Source of the DNA: Octopus sinensis | Lineage: Eukaryota | Direction of reading: 5' to 3' | Assembly: GCF_006345805.1 (NCBI RefSeq) | Contig: NW_021836178.1 | Location: 62,001-126,000 of the forward strand | Length of the DNA stretch: 64,000 nt | Part shown: positions 52,054-63,124 of the stretch, piece after piece | Position numbering within the stretch: the first letter of the stretch is position 1 | How the letters are laid out: each line of letters opens with the position of its first letter | Notes under the pieces: model-generated | Told to the model about the DNA's origin: nothing | The model's input: the letters and a program-made list of their open reading frames with translations, nothing else | Databases searched by the model: none | Program-made: the position numbers and the translations under genes

Positions 52054-52907
52054 CTAAGCCTGTGCCCTCATCTTCTGTTTGTAGACCTTCCTCTCGACCT
52101 TCTCACTCAACAAACCACCTCCCCATTTACTCTTAATCTGCACATATCACTCCCAATGAACCTCCTCTCCCCGTCGGTTGTACTTGTCCATGTAAACCTC
52201 ACACAGCTTGGCCACCGTCTGGGCAGTCTCAGGCAATATCGAATCCACTGCCACCACAGAACAAGTCTTTCTAAAGACCAAAGCCCCCAGGACAGACTTT
52301 CCCTTGACAATACAGTAAGGCACACCCATCCTCCTACACAACTCAGGCAAATGGATGACCAACTACTCTCATCAACACACACAACCTCCACTGGGTCAAC
52401 GTCGTGGGCTATCACAACCAACTTGGCACGTTTCTTCTCCACCAAACCAGTCACACACCGAACTCCCTGACGGATTTGCGACTCTGCGGATGTCTTGCTG
52501 GAGGGTGGTCTGTACTTCTTTAGAAGACCCACCAAATCTCGGGCTGGGCTGATCAGAAAAGAGTACTTTGTTCGGAGTTTAGAGTGTCGGAGAACTGGTG
52601 GATGGCAGGGGGGATTTTTAAACGTTTTTTGAGAATTGATAGGCGTCTCTGGTGAGTAATGTATTTGGGCCATCGGACGAAATGGGAGAGGTCTCGTTTA
52701 GGCTGGATATCCTGACCTGGCAATTGGAAGTAAAATTTACCTATTCCGAAATTCTTCTTACGCTCCCGGATTAATGGGTGACGTTTGGGCTTCGTCTTCG
52801 CCTCCTTCAAAATTTTTGGTGTTGTAATCTTTTTTGTAGTTTTCTGAAATAAGCTGGTTAGATTTGTAATTATTATGTGGATAATTTAATTTAATACCAA
52901 CAGGCAT
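52054..52907 (-). CDS. RPL7A: 60S ribosomal protein L7a (eL8); 5 introns, intact
   Basis: MP|KTTKK, KNFGIG|[47 protein letters not shown]|[27 protein letters not shown]. Introns of 58, 24, 23, 23 and 24 nt keep the frame. Stop TAG. Confidence 0.96.
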
Positions 52908-53829
52908 CACAAAAACACTGAACACGTGATGAAGGTATCTGTTCAATTATTTGAATATATTTATTAAATTTATCATTTTTTATAATAAACTTTATGTTAA
53001 AATATATGATAAAAATCGAAAAGTAGTTCTCTTCTATTTATATATTTTAACGTTAGTTATTAACGTTGAATGCACTATCATTTGATTTTTTGTTTCATTT
53101 ATGCATCAAAGAATAGTTCATAGGCTTAAATTTTGTCTATTTTGCCTATTTTGCTCATCGAGATACATTGAGACCCCCATGGAAGGAATTTGAATAATAT
53201 TTATACACAAATTAGTTTTGATTTTCTAACATAGTCTATTAAAAGAGTAGTGAATACACACTTCTTAATGTGATTGAATATATTTTGAGACGTTTTGATT
53301 GCAGATTGTTAAAGGCCATTTTTAATCTTTTTGCAGAAAAATACATTTGATTTTTATCACAAACAGCAATCCTTTCGAATAGATTTCAGCCTGCTTTGAT
53401 TGCGGCAATAATTTTATTATTAAATTCCGGAACTTAGAAACATTTTTCTCTAAACATCACTCATTGTAAAAATCGGATTAATCCAACTTTAGTATAGATT
53501 TAGAACTTGATTTAAACAAATAGCTGCTATAAAAAAAGACTCTGTAGAATGGTTAATCTCAACTACTCTCTGTTTTATTAAATTAATAAAGGGATATCAC
53601 CTGTGTGTTAAAATAAGACCAAATAGAGTGATTTTTGATTAGGAAACATTTACTATTTTCCACAAAAATTGATGTTTATTTTGGTAACTAGATGGATAAG
53701 AAACGTGGTCATTCTACTTGTGCTGGTTCTCTATTATCTGAAAAATCAAATTTTTTTTAAATAGGTCTCTATTATCTGAAAAAATTGTTGACCATTTCGG
53801 TCTGCATCTTTTATCGTGCAGGAGTGCCG

Positions 53830-54550
53830 GACTTTTTCCGAGGTACTTGGATGACATCATACGGAGGGCCCTCGACTCGGCGGGATTGCCTTTGGTCCCC
53901 GAACCATCGGATCTTGACCGTGATGACGGGAAACGTCCTGACGGGATGACCCTTTTCTCTTTTGAGGGCGGAAAACGTCTCGTATGGGATATTTTCTGCT
54001 TCACACTTAACTTGTGTGCTTTGAAGGCTAAATCTGCTGCTAAGAAGGCTGATTATTTAAAGCTGACAAAATATTCCGCCTTTTCGGATTAGTTTTTCGT
54101 GATTCCGATAGCGGTGGAGACGTCGGGTGCTCTTGGTCCAAAGTCAGAAAACTTCAGCACAATAAGTCAGATTCCTGAACAGCTTTTTTCATTTAGTTCT
54201 ATTTCTAGCAGCAAGCAACGTCATGATATGCTAGAGTCATGGTTTTCTTCCACAACCAAGGAGTCAGTTCGGCTTGGTGTTTGATTAAGGCTGGGAATTA
54301 AGATTTTTTGCATTTATCGTTGCCGTTGTGGGAGGTATTTTTTATGCACGGTTCCAACGGTCGTGTATAAGTGCCGGCAAAATTCTTTGTCCCTAAATCA
54401 CGTTGTCCAATAGGCTCTCTGCTTTGTTGATTTCTCGTCGATACTGCAACCCATTAGGGTCAACAGGTGCGACCGAAAACGCCTGGTTGGAATGAGCATG
54501 TACATTTTTGATGAAAGCAAGCCTCTCTTCTGGGACTTTACATGCTCCTA
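53830..54550 (+). mobile_element. Two adjacent CRE-type retrotransposon 3' remnants
   Basis: DDIIRRALDSAGLPLVPEPSDLDRDDGKRPDGMTL..LVWD and IPIAVETSGALG. A second, more decayed copy has LRLGIKI..CRCG..PLFWDFTC. Confidence 0.8.
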
Positions 54551-54668
54551 GATTTTTTATAAATCAAATATGATTTATATAATATATTAATTCAGACAAA
54601 ATAATAATTTTAGTCTGGCTGGCCTATAATATTGAAAGATATAAATTTATGTAAATTATTCATCAGTT

Positions 54669-55267
54669 ATGTTATTCGCGTTATATTTGTTCGTGTTTTC
54701 TAACTGTGCTGATTTACACAGTGATCTAGATGAAAAACACTCAAATAATATTGAATTCTATCTCCCGGAGACTGGTATATAAATGTTAAAATAAAATTAC
54801 ACTGCTTGACTTTACGTATTTATTAGGTCACAAAAATCAGATGCCCTTTTGAAGAAATGCAAATTTATTAATTCAAAAAGCTATAGTAAGTCAGTCTTAT
54901 TTTATTTTAAAAGTTGGAAAAAGTATGGAATTGTCTTTTGATGATTTTATGAACTATGTTCAAAAAGGCGAAATGATTTGGGTTATCTATTTCTGGGACA
55001 GGAATTCGGGACAAAATTGCACTTACATTAAAGACACATTGGAAACTGTGGCCGAAGATGTTAAACCCAAAATCGGAACAGTCGATGTTTCCCAGAACAC
55101 CACGTATTTCAAACAATTTAAAGTTGACTTGTTTTGACTATCATGCATTTAGAGAACCATATCCCCAGAATATTTTTATTCGAAAACGGAAAACACAAAA
55201 GATATAGAAAACACTTTTTAAGGACAGACCGAATCCATTGATCCAATGGATAAAACGCCAAATTTAA
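54669..55267 (+). CDS. Secreted thioredoxin-fold protein lacking CXXC
   Basis: Signal-like MLFALYLFVFSNCA, then LSFDDFMNYV..WVIYFW, LETVAEDV..IGTVDVSQN..FKQFK|..IPRIFLFENG..IQWIKRQI*. Short GT-AG introns; exon 2 is uncertain. Confidence 0.55.
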
Positions 55268-55836
55268 TAAGGCTAAACTAACATATTTTAATATGGGGAT
55301 TTTTTTCTTTGGTTAATAAATCGAGTTTAACATTAACGTTATTTTTAATTTGAATGACAACTGCGAATACTCTGTTTTAAAGACACAATTATATTCATTT
55401 AATAGGGAATAATTATCCTTTAACAAAGGAACTGTCATAAACGTTAAATTCTCAAACCATCGTTTATTTTGATAAAAAAGTAGCTTGCAATTGATTATTG
55501 ATTGGCATTTAGAAAACGATTTCATAAGCAACAAAGCACAAGACTATATTCACGTGTAAGTCGTGACTTGTCGACAAAATAGGATTTTGGGTTAATAAAC
55601 GAGGTTGAAATGACCTACATCAAATAAGTCAGTAAATTGAATTTATTCATTTTCAATCAGCTTCTTTTCTCAGTTAATGTCTCGATACAGAATCCAGGGA
55701 ATCGCCGGTTAGAACGACAAGACAAATTGAAAACTAACCAGATATGTTAATAGGAGTGTTAGTTCAGAGAGTGAGATCACATAACAAACACATTGGTAGG
55801 TTTAGAGTAGTTGGTGGGGATGATTGACCTATCCAG

Positions 55837-56829
55837 TTAACACCACGCTGACTTGTTTATGTTCTGATTTAAAACAGACGGCATTCTGACAGATTTTGAC
55901 CCCGCGTTAGGGAAGAATACATTACTATTCCGTACGGGCTTGTTTCCGGTCTTGACAGGATCAGGCATGTGAGGAGGAAAGACAGAGAACGTGCCTGCCT
56001 TCATTCTCCGTCCTTCCTTTAAACGCACATATTACTTTTTTGGCTGGTGAAGAGTATTTGAAGACTTGGTCAATTTTGGGGGACTTTTCTTCCTTATAGA
56101 GGGGACCCTGTATGGTGGAGGCGAAGGGGTTGGGGTCGAAGTAGGGGTGTGAACGAGCCTCAACTTTGAAGACATTCCCTTTGACTAGTTTTTTATGCTC
56201 CTGAGAATCTTTCTATTTATCAAGAACGGGGAATGACCAATTTCTGTTGTTTGTAGTTCTCATAGGGTTCGGGGGAAGACTTTGGGTAGGGATTGAAACA
56301 CACATTGGCATATCTAAGACATGACAGTGACCATGACCCATAGCCGGTCCCCTTCTTTATATTATTAGTCAAAAAATTCTTTTCTTTGGTTTTTGTGCTT
56401 TTTCTTTCATTGGACTGAGGACTGAAGTATTGCACTCTTCCTCCAAATGAGCCCAAATAGCTCCCTGTGCTTGCTCTTTCTATTAGAATCAGTCGTTTCT
56501 ACAGCTTTTTTCCTGTCCCAGAGTCCAGAAAGGGTTTGCCGACTTGTAGTTTGAGTCCCTCATTTCGGAGTATCCTCCGTCTTTTGATTCCGTCTGAGTA
56601 AGACTCGCCCTCAAACACGCGGTCAAATTTATTGGAGAAATATCCGTCGAGTTGTCCACACCGACTCTTTGCGAACTGGCACAGTGAATTGTCTCCCTTT
56701 GTAGGCAGAGTTGTTGAACTCCACTACGGCTATTGACTCTCAAATACATTTTTTGGGGACGTAAGGGTCCCCTATTGTAGTGTAACCACTTTCCTTAAAA
56801 ATGCCAAGCTTTTCCAAATCGTTTTTCAT
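55837..56829 (-). CDS. CFAP96: CFAP96 / C4orf47 (UPF0602) ciliary protein; ~5 tiny introns and at least one frame break
   Basis: DLEKLGIFKESGYTTIGDPYV, DGYFSNKFDRVFEGESY, GSYLGSFGG, NFLTNNIKKGTGYG|YANV, YFDPNP, MKAGTF..PDP closely follow C4orf47. The 3' end may extend about 60 bp further via another tiny intron. Confidence 0.88.
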
Positions 56830-57955
56830 TGTAGCTTAGAAACAAATTTTTAATTTGAAGGTAATCGGTGAATATATTTATTATTTTTGTGGTATTATGA
56901 GTAATTTTCAACATGTCGTTAAACTGCATTTTTTAATTTGTCAACTAAGAAGGGATTCTGTATCGGGAAATAATCACGACCAGCCCCGACGACACAACAC
57001 GCACAATTCGACAATAATTATCACTCAACCACGCCAGACGTAACTTTTAAATCTCTATTTATGAATGCAATTAGCTACCGGGAAGGGCGCCATCGTACAG
57101 TGGAAGAACTTACAGAGACATTGAAGGGGTGGGTTGTGGTCACGAGTAAATAGGGAAGTCCTTTGCATGTCATTCTAACTGCCTTTTGTGGGCCACAGGA
57201 GTTATATGTCACAAGTATTGTTGAGTATGTCTTTTTATAGAACTGACTGGTCAGTGAGTGGTGTTGAGGACACTCTGGGTATTGGGGTATCTGTTCTTTG
57301 TAGTCAGGTTTTTGTCTCGCTTTTTCCACTATCCATGCTTCATAACAGTGGGGACGAACATGGGGTATATTCTCCACTCAAATGTGAGGGAGATAACGTA
57401 CATGTGCAGTCTGTGAGTTAATCTTGTCTTATATTCCCAGAATGCAAGTCCCTGACCAGTCTGGTGGGTATAGTTGTATAGTCGTTACTTTCACTAAAAT
57501 TCTACCGAGGGGGCATTAAAGGAGGAATTGTGTTATTTTCCGTTTTGTACTTTTCTAGAATATTGTCCAGATGTGCTACTTTCCAGTTCAGACAAACATT
57601 ACAGATCTCCCTAACAAGTCTCCCACTCCATGAATAAAAAACGTAATAAGAAGGAGGATGTGTGGTTCGATTGGAAGGGGGTTGAGGGGTCGATGGTGGT
57701 GTGTTATCAGTGGGGCAGACATTCCACTCGTACTGCGTGGACAGTGGGAATGTCGTCGAATGGAGTTTTCTAGACTGCACTGTGTGCTTGATGTGTAATA
57801 CTGCTGAGAATAAATCAGGCTTTCTGATGTGTAATGACTTCATTAAGACACCACAATTGTTTTCTTCTCCTTCCACTCCACTCTGTCCTTTCTGGAGTGT
57901 GGAAATGTCGTTCTTGAGGTCGTTCTGTGTACTGTGGCTCAATGGAAGCTTATTA

Positions 57956-58698
57956 TGTCGCGAGCCGAGCGCGCGAGCGAGCCAAGCAAGTCGACACCTG
58001 TCATCCATATAATTTCCTGAGACCTGTACTCAATAATGAGGAAGTCGATTTTCAAAAAACATAAAAAGTATCGACTCAAAAAGAAAACAGAAAATTTCCT
58101 AATTAAAAAAGGGAAACAATATCCTAGAAATGTAAACGTCCTAGAAAATGTAAACAGCTTAGAAGAGATGAAAATAATTGCACGTGAGATTCATGAAGCC
58201 AATCATTGTGGACATAATGTTTTGGAAGCCTTATGTAGGCAAAGATTTTTATATTGAGGCGACAGATCATTTGCTAAGTTGTTAAAAATGCAATATCTGC
58301 AAATTTTCAATTTCAGTAAAACAATATGATGATTCAACTCATATTGTTGCTCATTCGCCTAATATAATAAAATGTTTCAAGTAGATTTAATTGATCTTAA
58401 ACGATATAAAATTAGCTTATTTTGTAAATTTAAAAATGAAAACAACGATTTTTCTTAGTTAATGTCTGTAATAGACGTACATTCGAAATGCGTTTACAAG
58501 GAGTCTTAAAAATAAAAGTGTAGTAAAGGTGGCGACTAATCTAAATGATATTCTTATGGATTTTGGTCCCAGCAAGTTTCTTCTAGCAGACAACGGAACA
58601 GAATTCTGAACTTCAATACACTCCCGAAACTAACAATAAATGTTTTTAGTTCAACTAAAGATAAATTCGAATTCAACTAAAATAAATTCTTCGTATTA
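57956..58698 (+). mobile_element. Integrase-coding TGTCGCGAGC element inserted in a KMT2 PHD exon
   Basis: Starts TGTCGCGAGCCGAGCGCG. Encodes HEANHCGHN, FQVDLIDL, VIDVHSK and ADNGTEF. TATTA at 57951-57955 and 58694-58698. The right TIR is not recognisable. Confidence 0.78.
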
Positions 58699-59394
58699 TG
58701 AGAATAAACAGGAAGATGGGAATGCATGTGTCAAAATATGAATCAATCATAGGAGATATAGTATTTATTACAGTCAAAACCCCTATACTTGCTGCAATGT
58801 GCCTACCAAAGAAGGGGAATTGTTTTTGAAGTGTTGGGACTGTGCTTGGTCGGGTGATGGGCGAGTGATGACTAGAGCGATAATATAAGGAATCAAGTGG
58901 AGGCAGAAGTGATGATTAGTCTGGGCTACACCTGTCCCACTTGTCGAGAGATGCCGACTGATGAACTGAAATATGAAATATGTCTAACGGAGAAGGGACA
59001 TGACTATTTCTGCAATAATTATTCGACTTGAAAAGCAAAATGTGATCACAAGGAGGACATTCAGGCCGTGGGTGGCTATGTAGTTTGCACACGAATAGAG
59101 GTTAGTGAATGTCATCATTGTAGGGCAGGAGGAGCAGCAAGAAGATATTGTTGGATAAAGCATATCCTCCACATATTCGAGTATTGTGGTTGGTGGCATT
59201 GCAAGAATGGTTTCTTGGGCATAGCTGACACGACTGAGAATCACCCGTCTTCCCAGTCTGTCACAACTCGGCAAATGAAGAACCATCACCCCCATTCCTT
59301 AGTTGTCGACACTACCCAGAGAGGAACGAAATAGATATATTGCGAGTCGGCTGATGTCTAGTGCACAATGTCTGGAAAACGCTTAAATTCACTC

Positions 59395-60000
59395 TTGCGA
59401 TTATCTATCGTCACTTTTAATGTCAGGGGAATCTCCAATACACATAAATAAAAACAATTGTGCCAAGATTTTGAGAGATACAATGTATCAATCGGATGTA
59501 ATCAAGAGTCAAAGGTCTTGGAATGAGCTGATTAATCACATGGAAACTACCATCTAATCCTACTTCCCAGGATATCGAAGCACTATTGGCAGGGATTCGC
59601 TGTCCATAAGACTCTAGCCCCGGAATTCATCGTGTATGGTGTGTAAATGATAGAATCTGTGTTTTTTAAATAAAGACGAAAGGAATTATCTCCATTATTA
59701 ATGTCTATGCCCCACATTCTGGGATTGTTGTGAAAGACCCAGAAATTTTAACCATATTCTACTCTGAGCTAACCAAAGTCTACACCGAACTTGAATCCTC
59801 TTTCATAATATTCAATGCCAAAGTTGGCACTCAAAAAGGATTAGAACAATTCATGGAAAGACGCGGTATAAGAAACTTATCTGGGTGCTTCCTCGCGAAT
59901 TTCTGTCCGTAATATGACTTATTTATATGTAATACTGTTTTCAGCACCCTTCACGTCACAAGACGACATGGACTGCGGCTCACAGCGCTTATCGAGGAAA
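59395..60000 (+). mobile_element. RTE-type APE endonuclease remnant
   Basis: IVTFNVRGI, GCNQES, INVYAP, FYSEL, FNAKVG..GCFLANFC. Confidence 0.7.
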
Positions 60001-60094
60001 ATGGAAGAGACTCGTTACTAACATTGTTTTGGCTGTTGGACAAGTGGGACTATAATTATTATGGCCCTACAATAAGTGCGTTAATAATAATCTT

Positions 60095-60436
60095 TTCGAA
60101 TGAGGAAATGAAACCGTCTCGTTTGATTTTACATTTAAAACCAAAAAATCATAATTCAATTGGAAAAAAGACAGACTTTTTTATAATTAAAAAGAATTTT
60201 GAAAATAAAAACACCTTACAGTCAATCTTTAATAAAAATATATCTCAAAATGTCTCTGGATTATTTTATTCATATAAAATTGCAGAGATAATCGCAAAAA
60301 CTGGTGCATTATTATTTTAAATTATTGTTAATACACATTCGATTGCAGAAAATGTCATCCGTAAGGAAGCAATACGAAAATTGGAGTGATGAAAAAATTC
60401 CAGTGGAGATACAAAAATAAAAATTGAGAACCACTG
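60095..60436 (+). mobile_element. hAT (Buster/ZBED5-like) deletion derivative
   Basis: EEMKPSRLILHL..SYKIAEIIAKTG..HSIAE, and right TIR GAGAACCACTG ending at 60436. Confidence 0.7.
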
Positions 60437-63124
60437 TTCTATTCCATCCCTGTGATGGTGGAGTACTTCATGGCCGAGAATGATAAAAATAGGCGTTCTA
60501 CTCCCCCCACCTGGATGGACAGAGTGATGGGGGATCATATGAGAGAAATCGTGCACTTTATGTGGCAAAGGAAAAGTCTCTGCTGGCGGAGCTGAATAAA
60601 ATCGTGAGTAGTCTGCGGGACTGTGAGGAGGAGATTAGCATATCGGAGAAAGAGGAAGAATATTACAATTGTAAAAGTAGGCGTCCAATTTCCGTGAGGG
60701 ATGTGCAAATATTAGAACAGTCCACGATATACGTCAAAATATACAATCCATGCTGGAAGCACTACACAAACAATACAGTGGAATAGTGGATGCATACCGC
60801 AAACGACAGCTGGTGGAATTGACTTGTAAATGTTTAGATGTACGGAGTTAGGTGGCATGGGGAGGATTTGTACAGTTCTATGTGCATTGATGAGCAAAGT
60901 GGTTAAAACAACATTCAGGCGGTCTATTGAGAAACCATTATCAGAGGGTAATACCTCCACTATTACTTGATACAATTCATTACAATCCTCGACTCCAGAA
61001 GTGTACAACCAATAAGTCCCATAGATAATTCATGGTCTGGGATCACTTAGTTAGCTAGGACTTTTTTTTTCTTTATAACTAAGTGATCCTGGGAACAATG
61101 AATAAATAATTCATGGCCAGATTAAACTGACTGACCCTCACCTTTACCAGCCACTATTCACTTCTTTCAGAACATTGTGAATGTCCCTCCATTCACGTTC
61201 TAGATATACCACAAGTCGTAGGGAAAGTAGGGGAGACGGGATGCCCCACTATTATGTCCATCACCGTCATAAAGACAGTCACCCTCGATACCAATGTTGC
61301 CCACTGATAGTCCCCTCCCCCCTCTCGTCACATTACACAGTGAGACCAATGAATTTTGTGTGGAGGCATCATCTGAGGGGACTGAGGACATGAATAGTCC
61401 ATCAAAACTGACGGAGGCAGTCAGAGACGACACGAGGGTTACTCTGGTCTTGGAGAATTCTACAATGAAAGTCACAGAACTTGTGAGGCAGGTCAGTAAA
61501 TTACTAAACGTGGACTGTCTTCAGTCAAAAATGTAAATCTGGTTGTGGGTAATCAATCATAGCAGATGATGTAGTGCAGTTGCATAGTTTTGTCAGGAAT
61601 GATATAATTCGTTGTGTTTATTGCAGTCCTGTCCTCAATGCACTGTGCTCCGTCACTGTGGACGAGACTGTGACGAATTTGTGAGTCTATTTTGGTTTAT
61701 GTAGGGATTGGTTGAAGACTACTGTGATGTACAGTGAATACTCCCAAATTCGCCATTTTGGTTTCGTCATTTTTTGCGGCGAATTTGAAAAATTGCGAAT
61801 TTCAGAATATAATCAATAATTTTTGAATGTGAGTAGAACTGTTTAATAATTCGAAAATAGCCAAAAATCATTTCACGCATCTTCGAAATATCGTTAATTG
61901 TCCTCCTCAAAATCTTTACTTTAAACAAATGAGAAAATCTATTCTCTGCAGGATAATTGTTTATTTTCATCCTTATATCGCAAAATTTCAATTTTTTGTT
62001 GTATTGTAAGTCTCGTGTAATTAGTACTAAACCCACATTGGGCCATGCTTTTCAAAAATGTATTATTTATCAATATTTTTTTATTTTTTATTTAAAAATT
62101 TTAAAAAAGTGGTTATGTCGAGTTATTATAATCCAATCAGGATACTCTCAGCCACGGTCCACAAATAGTGATGAATAGACTCAATGTTTATTATAAATAT
62201 TCCACACCCATATGCTCTCAGGTCTGCAGTCTGATTTATTTAGTCGAGTGCTGTGCCCAGTCGGGATATACTCGACATTGCCACCAACGATCTGCCCGAC
62301 TGGAGGAGTGTGAGTTTTGTGGAGAGAGGGATCAGTCCTCCAGTGGGGCTGGGAGATACTATACCTCCAAGTTGAGCAGTGGTGCATATTAACTGTAGGC
62401 TAATAATGTCTATGAAACGACATCCGGAGCACTCATCCAGTCCAAGAGTCCCTCAAAAAGTCTTGAAACGGATTTTTGCTGTGTGTGCTCTTCGTGGTGT
62501 GTTTCTGTCCTGGTTGTTACAACTAGTACAATGTTGAGTGCTCAAGGAAGGATGAATGTTGCTTTTCCCTTCTAAGGTCGTCCATTCCTCTTATTCTAGT
62601 CATTATACTGCCTACAGCATTTAAATGATACAATTGAAGGACAGTTGGTTGACATTTCCGTCCTCAAAAGTGTCCATATTTCGGGAATGCTGATCAGACG
62701 AGTCTTTCGAAAGATGTGAGAATGAGGAATGAGTCGTTGGTTGTCATTAGTTTTGGAGAATTGTCCTCGCCAAATATTGATAGCGGGAATTTAAACTTTA
62801 CGGTGCAAATTGACATGTTGTTAGAACAGGCTGGATATGAGGGAATTCGGCACTGTTCGTATCCACTAGATCGAACTAGTAGGGGTCTATTGCATTTTCG
62901 AATAACCGAAATGAATCAAAGACAACATTTCACTGTGTTTGATCAAACGGACCCAGAGAATGTGAAGAGATACGAGAGTGGGAGTACTGGTAATATTAGG
63001 AGATGGATTTATGAAAACAACGTACCACAAACCCAGTTAAATGACTATAATTTGACTCCAAGCATTGAAGGGTTGTTTGGGTTTACCAGTGAACGATTGA
63101 ATCAGCTAAATTAAAATGGGTATA

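Larger units (their letters stand above)
57070..63114 (+). pseudogene. KMT2C: KMT2C/KMT2D (MLL3/4, Trr/Lpt)-like gene, decayed and interrupted by several TEs; no SET domain seen in the window
   Basis: Collinear motifs: PHD remnants (CHKYC, WQCEWC), CGSIGRG/VEGSMVVC..FHSYCV..LDCTVC, WKCRS*..YCGS, EGELFLKCWDC, GYTCPTCR, ICLTEKG, HMG-like PTWMDRV, ePHD CEFCGE..VYETTSGALI, FYRN LVVISFGEL..GYEGIR, FYRC EGLFGFT. Cys substitutions and stops are present. Confidence 0.8.

Noticed and set aside
58955-58985. CTGATGA...GAAA hammerhead-like core
   Set aside because: It lies in KMT2-like coding sequence and the flanking stems cannot be formed.
2131-62387. Many short ORFs in the supplied track (for example 2131-2343, 44392-44637, 45499-46014, 52156-52470, 57502-58008)
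   Set aside because: They are antisense or off-frame shadows of genes and TEs identified on the other strand or frame.
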